DNA from: Holdemania sp.
Lineage (GTDB): Bacteria > Bacillota_I > Bacilli_A > Erysipelotrichales > Erysipelotrichaceae
DNA: 64,000 bases
Reading direction: 5' to 3'
Assembly: GCA_031551965.1 (NCBI GenBank)
Contig: JAVBMW010000027.1
Coordinates: 5,808 to 69,807 of the forward strand
The notes beneath the pieces were generated by a model. The model had not been told where the DNA came from and ran no database searches. It was given only the letters and a program-made list of their open reading frames with translations. The stretch's first letter is position 1. Each line of letters begins with the position of its first letter. Made by a program: the position numbers and the translations under genes. Shown here in pieces: positions 1-6,544 of the stretch.

Positions 1-1383
1 GGAGTAGAAAATGTGATTTCGTCTACATTAGTCAGCACGATATCCAACATTGCAGTGCTTGTGACTTCATTATTTGCGATGTTTCAAAAAAGCTGGGTTT
101 TAGCTTTAGTGGGTATGTTGATTATTCCACTGTTTGTTTTGCCTACAAAATCAGTAGGCAAGAGACGTTGGTCACTAGCTTTAGTATCACAAAAGAAAAA
201 TGACGAAATGAATCAAATTCTTAATGAAACATTAAGTGTCAGTGGTCAACAATTAGTTAAATTATTTACTAATGAAGAAATGGAATTAGAAAAATATAAG
301 AAAGTTAATGAAGAAATTTATAAGTTAAAAATAAAAGAAGGAATGGTCGGACGTTGGTTCCGAATGGCAATCACTACTTTTACTAATATGGGACCAATGC
401 TGATTTATTTAACTGGTGGTATTTTGATCCTTAAGATGAATGTAACTAGTTTAAGTGTTGGTGATGTTACAGTAATGGTTGCATTACTTAATCGTATGTA
501 TCGGCCAGTCAATCAATTATTGGAAGTACAAATTGATTTTGTAAGAGGAATGGCTTTGTTTAGTCGAATCTTTTCTTATTTGGATATGGAAGTAGAGATT
601 AAAAATGATGAAAACGCTATTGTTTTAAATCCAATGTTAGGGCATATAAAATTTGATCATGTTGATTTTGGCTACAATGCAGATACACCAATCCTAAAAA
701 ATGTAGATTTTGAAATCGAATCTGGCAAAATGATTGCGTTAGTAGGACCCTCTGGTGCAGGTAAGTCAACGATAATTAGTTTATTAACTCGTTTGTATGA
801 AACACAAAATGGAAGTGTAGCAATCGATGGAATCAATGTAAATAAGCTTGATTTAAAAATGCTTCGTCAAAATGTTGGTGTGGTCACACAAGATAGTTAT
901 TTGTTTAATGGTACGATAAAAGACAATTTGTTGTATGCTAAGCCAAATGCAGATGATCAAGAACTAATTGAAGCATGTAAATCTGCTAATATTCATGATT
1001 TTATCAATTCTTTGCCTGATGGTTACAACACTCAAGTAGGTAATCGAGGTATGAAACTATCAGGCGGTGAAAGACAAAGAATTTCATTAGCGAGAGTGAT
1101 TTTAAAGAACCCTTCAATATTGATCATGGATGAAGCGACTTCTTCTTTAGATTCGATTTCTGAAAATTTGATTCAAGAAGCAATAGAACCACTACTTAAA
1201 GGTAGAACAAGTATCGTGATCGCACATCGCTTATCGACTGTAGTTAGTGCGGATGAGATATTAGTTATAGATCAAGGTCAAATCAAAGAAAAAGGCAATC
1301 ACAACACATTATTAAAACAAAATGGTATTTATACTGAGTTATACAATACTCAATTCAAAAAAATATTGGAATTACAAAATTAA
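1..1383 (+). CDS. ABC exporter, fused permease/ATPase (MsbA-like); 5' end cut by window edge
   Basis: Frame is open from base 1. Walker A GPSGAGKST, ABC signature LSGGERQR, Walker B ILIMDEATSSLD and H-loop IAHRLST are present, preceded by hydrophobic TM segments. Confidence 0.9.
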   Translation, partial: GVENVISSTLVSTISNIAVLVTSLFAMFQKSWVLALVGMLIIPLFVLPTKSVGKRRWSLALVSQKKNDEMNQILNETLSVSGQQLVKLFTNEEMELEKYKKVNEEIYKLKIKEGMVGRWFRMAITTFTNMGPMLIYLTGGILILKMNVTSLSVGDVTVMVALLNRMYRPVNQLLEVQIDFVRGMALFSRIFSYLDMEVEIKNDENAIVLNPMLGHIKFDHVDFGYNADTPILKNVDFEIESGKMIALVGPSGAGKSTIISLLTRLYETQNGSVAIDGINVNKLDLKMLRQNVGVVTQDSYLFNGTIKDNLLYAKPNADDQELIEACKSANIHDFINSLPDGYNTQVGNRGMKLSGGERQRISLARVILKNPSILIMDEATSSLDSISENLIQEAIEPLLKGRTSIVIAHRLSTVVSADEILVIDQGQIKEKGNHNTLLKQNGIYTELYNTQFKKILELQN

Positions 1384-1409
1384 GTTCTAACTTTGCTTTA
1401 GAACTTTTT
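1384..1409 (+). terminator. Intrinsic terminator after ABC exporter
   Basis: gttctaa / ttagaac 7-bp stem, 7-nt loop, then ttttt. Confidence 0.6.
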
Positions 1410-1445
1410 CTAACTGTTGTATAATCATCACATGAGGTGATTTTC

Positions 1446-1865
1446 ATGATGAGAGATCCAGTACAAACAATAGGAAATTTGATTGATAAACAAAGTGTTG
1501 CCTTTATTAGTTCAAATGATGAAGATGGTTTTCCCAATACAAAGGCAATGTTAGCACCGAGGATTAGAGAGGGTATTAAAACTTTTTATTTTACAACGAA
1601 TACTTCTTCTAAAAGAGTAGGACAATACAAAGAGAATAATAAAGGATGTATTTATTTTTATGATAAGCGATTTTTTCGTGGTGTCATGTTAGTTGGGACT
1701 TTTGAAGTTTTAGAAGACAGTGCTAGTAAAGAACTCATTTGGCAAGAAAAGGATACAATGTATTATCCGTTAGGTGTAACGGATCCTGATTATTGTGTGT
1801 TACGTTTTACAGCTACTAAAGGAAGATATTACTGTAATTTCAAATCAGAAGACTTCAATGTCTAA
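1446..1865 (+). CDS. Pyridoxamine 5'-phosphate oxidase-family (general stress protein 26-like) protein
   Basis: About 140 aa with the split-barrel PNPOx-like pattern (FISSNDEDGFPNTKAM ... IYFYD ... VLRF). GAGGTGA RBS lies 5 nt upstream of the ATG at 1446, so the GTG at 1437 sits inside the RBS. Confidence 0.6.
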   Translation: MMRDPVQTIGNLIDKQSVAFISSNDEDGFPNTKAMLAPRIREGIKTFYFTTNTSSKRVGQYKENNKGCIYFYDKRFFRGVMLVGTFEVLEDSASKELIWQEKDTMYYPLGVTDPDYCVLRFTATKGRYYCNFKSEDFNV

Positions 1866-1912
1866 GAATTAATTATGAAGATTTGTGATATAATGTTTGA
1901 GAGGATAATCAA

Positions 1913-2458
1913 ATGAATAAACAAGATTGGATCAAAGAATTAGTTAGTTTAGTTAAAACATTTTTAGTAAGCTTCATTATCGTGTATGTTATCTCGAATT
2001 TTATTGCAAAACCAGTTAGAGTAGATGGTAGTTCCATGTATCCAACTTTAAAGGATAAAGAGTTGGGTTTTTCGTTAATACTTAATTCTAAGCAATTAGA
2101 AAGATTTGATATTGTTGTGATTAAAATTCCTGTAGGTTCAAAGTCAAAGTTAATCGTAAAAAGAATAATTGGTTTACCAAATGAAACTGTTGAAATTATG
2201 AATAATGACATTTATATCAATGGTGAAAAAGTAAATCAAGAATTTCTTGACTTAGATTATGTATTAAGTCAAAGCTCAAATGGCGTATTTACGCGTGATA
2301 TAGAGGCGATAAAATTGGGCGATGATGAAATATATGTATTAGGAGACAATCGTGTCAATTCTCAGGATTCACGATATTACGGTCCTTTTAAAACAGATGC
2401 AGTGGTATCAAAAGGGGTATTTGTGTTCTATCCTTTTAATGAAATGGGAATAAAATAA
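1913..2458 (+). CDS. lepB: Signal peptidase I
   Basis: N-terminal TM; catalytic boxes GSSMYPTL, VKRIIGLPNETVE and GDNRVNSQDSRYYGP. Confidence 0.9.
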   Translation: MNKQDWIKELVSLVKTFLVSFIIVYVISNFIAKPVRVDGSSMYPTLKDKELGFSLILNSKQLERFDIVVIKIPVGSKSKLIVKRIIGLPNETVEIMNNDIYINGEKVNQEFLDLDYVLSQSSNGVFTRDIEAIKLGDDEIYVLGDNRVNSQDSRYYGPFKTDAVVSKGVFVFYPFNEMGIK

Positions 2459-2479
2459 AAGAAGAAATTGGGAAAAATT

Positions 2480-2827
2480 ATGAAATGGAAAAATGTAACT
2501 GATGGATTTAGTGAATCACAAAGACATTACAAAAACACATATTTGGAAGTTTGTTATGTATTTGATGAAGTATTGGAAGTAAGTTTGTTTTCGTCTGAAC
2601 AGGATTTGTATGAAATCTATGTATCCTATGGAATCATGGTAGGGATCATATATGTTGAACAGAATAAAGCTTTATCACTATTTGAAGAAGTTAAAGAAGT
2701 ACTTGAAAAAGAATATCGAATAAATAAAAAGCCAACTGGTGAATTCATTGATAGTTTTTGTGAAAAGTATCAATTGGATTACCCAAATGATTTGTTTTTT
2801 GATTTTAATTTAGAAGATTTGATTTAA
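2480..2827 (+). CDS. Hypothetical protein (about 115 aa)
   Basis: ORF only; no motif recognised. Start choice (ATG 2480 vs TTG 2468) is uncertain. Confidence 0.4.
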   Translation: MKWKNVTDGFSESQRHYKNTYLEVCYVFDEVLEVSLFSSEQDLYEIYVSYGIMVGIIYVEQNKALSLFEEVKEVLEKEYRINKKPTGEFIDSFCEKYQLDYPNDLFFDFNLEDLI

Positions 2828-2854
2828 AATAGAAAAAATAGGAATGGAGGTGGG

Positions 2855-3703
2855 ATGATGTCGATACAATGGTTTCCGGGTCACATGACAAAAGCAAAAC
2901 GTCAAATGATTGAAAATATTCAAAAAGTAGATATGGTAATTGAAATCAGAGATTGTCGCATTCCACTTTCAAGTACGAATCCGATGTTGGATGATATGAT
3001 CAAGACGAAGCCTAGACTGATACTTTTAAGTAAAAAAGATAAAGGTCAAGTTGAAGAAATAAAAAAATGGATCGAAGTATTAAATAATGAAAATACTCAA
3101 GCGATCGCAATGGATCTTTTAAAAGACCCTGTATTAAATAAAACAGTTGAAGCTTGTCAAAAAGTAATGCAACCGATGATTGATCGCCAAATACGCAGAG
3201 GAATCAAACCACGAGCGATCAGAGCAATGGTTGTAGGGATCCCCAATGTAGGAAAATCTACTTTTATTAATCAAATAGCGAAAAAAAAGGCTACAAAAAC
3301 ATCGGATAGACCCGGTGTGACAAAAGACCTTCAATGGGTGAAATGCAATGAAAAACTTGAACTACTAGATACACCTGGTGTTTTGTGGCCACGTTTTGAG
3401 GATCGTCAGGTTGCGCTTCATTTGGCAATCACTGGAGCAATTCGAGATAAAATATTACCTTTGGAAGATATTGTTGTCTACGCAATTGAAACATTATCAA
3501 CAGAAGTACCAGAATACATTACAAAGCGTTATGATATTGAAATTCAAGAAGATGCCTACAAAACAATTGAAGCCATTGCCAGAAATAAAAATTGGATCAA
3601 AACAGGAAATGAAATCGATTATGATCGAGCTTACAATATGATTTTAAATGAAATCAGAGATGATAAATTAGGTAATTTTACTTGGGAGAAAGTTCATGAT
3701 TAA
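2855..3703 (+). CDS. rbgA: Ribosome biogenesis GTPase A (YlqF/RbgA)
   Basis: Starts MSIQWFPGHMTKA. Circularly permuted GTPase motifs are present (LLSKKD, then GIPNVGKST, DTPG). GGAGGTG RBS. Confidence 0.9.
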   Translation: MMSIQWFPGHMTKAKRQMIENIQKVDMVIEIRDCRIPLSSTNPMLDDMIKTKPRLILLSKKDKGQVEEIKKWIEVLNNENTQAIAMDLLKDPVLNKTVEACQKVMQPMIDRQIRRGIKPRAIRAMVVGIPNVGKSTFINQIAKKKATKTSDRPGVTKDLQWVKCNEKLELLDTPGVLWPRFEDRQVALHLAITGAIRDKILPLEDIVVYAIETLSTEVPEYITKRYDIEIQEDAYKTIEAIARNKNWIKTGNEIDYDRAYNMILNEIRDDKLGNFTWEKVHD

Positions 3704-4316
3704 AGAACTTGAAAATACATATGAACACATTGCTTGGCAAATCGATCAAACCGTAATTGGTATCGATGAAGCTGGTAGAGGTCCGATTGCCGGGCCATTA
3801 GTTGTAGCGGGAGTCATATTACCAATTGGTTATGAAAATCCTGAAATTTATGACTCTAAGCAAACTTCACTTAAAAAAAGAGAAGAATTGTATAATGTCA
3901 TTATAGAAAATGCCTTATCTTATCAAATCGTAATTGTATCTGAAAAAGAAGTGGATGAATTAAATATTTATAGAGCAACTCAAAAGGCAATGCATGAAAT
4001 TGGAGAAAGTTTAGAAAGTACAGTAGTATTAACAGATGCGATGCCATTGCCTCATTGTAGTAAGGTCGTCCATGATATTATCAAAGGGGATCAAAAAAGT
4101 ACCTCAATAGCTGCAGCCAGTATTTTAGCTAAAGTGACTCGAGATCGTATTATGATCGAACTAGATAAACAATATCCAGAATATGGCTTTGCGAGACACA
4201 AAGGATATCCGACAAAAGAACATTTAGAAAATCTAAAGAAATTTGGTGTACTTGAAATCCATCGTAAAAGTTATGGACCAGTTCAAGATCAAATGCAAAT
4301 GCAGTTAGATATTTAG
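3696..4316 (+). CDS. rnhB: Ribonuclease HII
   Basis: GIDEAGRGPIAGPLVVA active-site motif and DSKQ; conserved position after rbgA, overlapping its end. Confidence 0.9.
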   Translation: MIKELENTYEHIAWQIDQTVIGIDEAGRGPIAGPLVVAGVILPIGYENPEIYDSKQTSLKKREELYNVIIENALSYQIVIVSEKEVDELNIYRATQKAMHEIGESLESTVVLTDAMPLPHCSKVVHDIIKGDQKSTSIAAASILAKVTRDRIMIELDKQYPEYGFARHKGYPTKEHLENLKKFGVLEIHRKSYGPVQDQMQMQLDI

Positions 4317-4395
4317 AGGTTTGAAATCTCTTTTTCCTTTATTTACCTAATCGAAGAATTAATTAAATGGGCATTCTAATATCAGGAGGCCTAAA

Positions 4396-4866
4396 ATGAA
4401 AAAAACATTACTTATAGGATTATTAGTATTATTAACTGGTTGTTCCACCAACAACAAGCCAAAACCAACACCAACACCTACAACTACTCCTTCAGAAACA
4501 CCTACGTCAACTCCAACAATAGTAAAAGAAGCGAAAGACGTTGTTGGAGAAGAAACACAGTTTGGTACACCGATTGTAAGTTTGAAAATGGTTGAAGGAA
4601 AAATTACTGAAGTGATGATCGATGAAATTACTTCAAATGGTAGTAAACGAGAACTAAAAGATGAATATAAATTATCTGATAAAGCGGTTGCACCATGGAT
4701 TACACAAGTAGATCGACTTCAGGCTTATATCGTTGAAAAAGGGACAGTCGATGAAATTGAGTTAAAAGATGGCAAAGTAACAAATGAAGATTTAAAAACA
4801 AGTGTTACAATCAATGTTGAAGAATATATCAAAACGATAAACAAAGCTATCAATGAAGCAAAATAA
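4396..4866 (+). CDS. Lipoprotein with Pro/Thr-rich linker, unknown function
   Basis: Lipobox LLTGCS after a signal peptide, then a KPKPTPTPTTTPSETPTSTPT linker. AGGAGG RBS. Confidence 0.7.
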   Translation: MKKTLLIGLLVLLTGCSTNNKPKPTPTPTTTPSETPTSTPTIVKEAKDVVGEETQFGTPIVSLKMVEGKITEVMIDEITSNGSKRELKDEYKLSDKAVAPWITQVDRLQAYIVEKGTVDEIELKDGKVTNEDLKTSVTINVEEYIKTINKAINEAK

Positions 4867-4950
4867 TGATTTAGGTCTCTTTTAATAGGGATCTTTTCTT
4901 TTGCCCAAAGAATTAAAATGTTAAACCATATTCTATTATGGGGTGATAAT

Positions 4951-5634
4951 ATGAAAGTCTATATTCACAATGAAGAAACAAATCGAATCGAACATTATAA
5001 TTTAGCACTTGATCAAGATATGCCATATACTTCGAATCGAATACTAACAGTGGGAATGTTTAAAGGCGGCACAAACACGGACATCATGTGGAGTTCAAAG
5101 AGTTTTTTAGAAGCATATAATAAAATTGCGGTTCAATTTGGTTGTCCTATTGAAATTGAACATGGTTTTAGTCGTGGATGGCAGGAAATACCCGATGAAA
5201 TTTATACACATAAATTGGGAACTGCATTAAACGTTGGCGGAAATTTAAGTATACCTTCATTAAAAAATCTTGTGAAGCTCTTAGAAGAATCCGGCTTATT
5301 TGATTATGTAAGTGAACTTGAACATTTTGCGAATTTTGTGCATTTTCATCAAATTCCTGAACCAGATGGAGCTTTAGTTCCCTTTCATCAAATTCAGTTA
5401 GGTGAAATTGGTCCTGCTGTATTTGTACTTCAAGATTCATTGTGGAAACTAGGTTATAATATTTGTGAGTTGAATGGAAATTTTGACGAAGCATTAAATC
5501 AAGAAGTAAAATTATTTCAATTGACCCAAGGTTTAATCCCAAATGGAATAGTAGATCGCTATTTTTGGGTAGCTTTATTTTTGCTGGTTCATCCAGAAGA
5601 TTATCGTCTTTTAGCAGACAATAGTTTTAATTAA
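4951..5634 (+). CDS. Peptidoglycan-binding-domain protein with N-terminal peptidase-M15-like region
   Basis: C-terminal PG_binding_1-like pattern (GPAVFVLQDSLWKLGY ... FDEALNQEVKLFQ ... GLIPNGIV). N-terminal PIEIEHGFSRGW ... THKLGTALNV resembles the M15A SGxR / SxHxxGxAxD pattern, with N in place of D. Confidence 0.55.
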   Translation: MKVYIHNEETNRIEHYNLALDQDMPYTSNRILTVGMFKGGTNTDIMWSSKSFLEAYNKIAVQFGCPIEIEHGFSRGWQEIPDEIYTHKLGTALNVGGNLSIPSLKNLVKLLEESGLFDYVSELEHFANFVHFHQIPEPDGALVPFHQIQLGEIGPAVFVLQDSLWKLGYNICELNGNFDEALNQEVKLFQLTQGLIPNGIVDRYFWVALFLLVHPEDYRLLADNSFN

Positions 5635-5675
5635 GTCAAGTGAAAAATCTTTCACTGAAAAAGGATGAAAATGAC

Positions 5676-5704
5676 TTGAAATAATTTTAGTAAGCGGTTA
5701 CAAT
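5676..5704 (+). promoter_or_regulatory. Sigma-A-type promoter (TTGAAA-17 nt-TACAAT)
   Basis: TTGAAA at 5676-5681, exact 17-nt spacer, TACAAT at 5699-5704, upstream of the leader ORF. Confidence 0.55.
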
Positions 5705-5730
5705 GATATCAAGAAACAGAGGTGAGTACC

Positions 5731-5805
5731 ATGAGCATCAAATTGCCTGAACTTGTTCAAGAAAACAATTTAGGGGTGCTTGTGCGACTTGTAAATAACT
5801 TTTAA
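5731..5805 (+). CDS. Putative 24-codon leader peptide (MSIKLPELVQENNLGVLVRLVNNF)
   Basis: ATG is preceded by a GAGGTGA RBS 5 nt upstream. The stop codon ends 1 nt before the 5' arm of an intrinsic terminator. The ORF is too short for the supplied ORF track. Confidence 0.45.
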   Translation: MSIKLPELVQENNLGVLVRLVNNF

Positions 5806-5833
5806 GGTGGGTGCGGTTTGACCTGCCTTTTTT
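5806..5833 (+). terminator. Intrinsic terminator in the 5' leader (candidate attenuator)
   Basis: ggtgggt / acctgcc 7-bp stem (two G-U pairs), 8-nt loop, followed by tttttt. It lies 32 nt upstream of the ankyrin gene start. Confidence 0.55.
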
Positions 5834-5865
5834 GTACCTCAGTTCAATAAAGGAGGAAAACTTAA

Positions 5866-6534
5866 ATGAATCAATTAGACAAAGAATTTTGGGATGCTGC
5901 CGCTGCGGGTGATTTCGCAAAGGTATGCTCAACAGTAGCACAAGGAGCAGATATCAATGTTGCTTCTGGTGATGGAAGAAATGCATTAATGCGTGCTGCA
6001 AAGCGTGGGTATGATGATATTGTGCGTTTCTTATTAGATAATGGCGCAAATGTTCGTGCAAGAGATTTTAATAATAAAACTGCATTGATGGGCGCTTCAA
6101 AAAAAGGAAATTTAAATATCGTTAGAATGTTGGTACATGCTGGTGCAGATGTGAATTCACATGACAATAATGGTCGTACATCTTTAATGCGTGCAGCATT
6201 CTTAGGTGAATTTGATGTGTGTCATTATTTAATTGGTAATGGTGTTAATGTTAATGCAAGAGATACAAAAGGTCGTACAGCTTTAATGGAAGCAGTATTA
6301 GCTTGTAAAGCAGACGTGATCACTTTACTTGTGGATGCTGATGCCGATGTCAATGCGCAGGATAATAATGGAAGTACTGCGTTGATGCGTGCTGCATATA
6401 GTGGAATCGTTGAGCTTGTAAACTATTTATTAGCTCATGGTGCAGATAAAGAAATCAAAGATTTTGATGGAAATAAGGCTGTTCATTATGTACGTACTGA
6501 ATGCTTAGATGACTTAAAGGACATCTTGAAGTGA
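5866..6534 (+). CDS. Ankyrin-repeat protein (about 6 repeats)
   Basis: Repeated 33-aa units of the form G-TALM-AA--G----V--LL--GA-VN--D. AAGGAGG RBS. The stop is 10 nt from the next start. Confidence 0.85.
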   Translation: MNQLDKEFWDAAAAGDFAKVCSTVAQGADINVASGDGRNALMRAAKRGYDDIVRFLLDNGANVRARDFNNKTALMGASKKGNLNIVRMLVHAGADVNSHDNNGRTSLMRAAFLGEFDVCHYLIGNGVNVNARDTKGRTALMEAVLACKADVITLLVDADADVNAQDNNGSTALMRAAYSGIVELVNYLLAHGADKEIKDFDGNKAVHYVRTECLDDLKDILK

Positions 6535-6544
6535 GGGCGGATAT

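Noticed and set aside
3134-3641. ORFs 3134-3334 (-) and 3378-3641 (+) inside rbgA
   Set aside because: They are alternative-frame or antisense ORFs inside a well-supported GTPase gene. This is typical in AT-rich DNA, and they carry no independent signals.
5639-5656. Hairpin agtgaaa-aatc-tttcact as a terminator of the 4951-5634 gene
   Set aside because: The 7-bp A/T-rich stem is not followed by a T-run (gaaaaagg follows), so it is too weak to call.
5766-5790. Possible T-box element (aatttaggggtgcttgtgcg resembles AAUUAGGGUGGUACCGCG)
   Set aside because: The match to the T-box consensus is poor in the UGGNACC core. The leader is only about 155 nt, with no recognisable stem I or specifier loop. 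The downstream genes are not aminoacyl-tRNA or amino-acid genes. A leader-peptide attenuator fits better.
5738-6167. Minus-strand ORFs 5738-5941 and 5871-6167
   Set aside because: They are antisense shadows of the leader region and the ankyrin gene. They have no RBS and low-complexity products, while the plus strand carries clear ankyrin repeats.
5866-6534. Ankyrin gene as eukaryotic contamination or misassembly
   Set aside because: It has a canonical AAGGAGG RBS, bacterial promoter and terminator context, and tight coupling to the next bacterial gene. Its codon usage is not visibly different from its neighbours.
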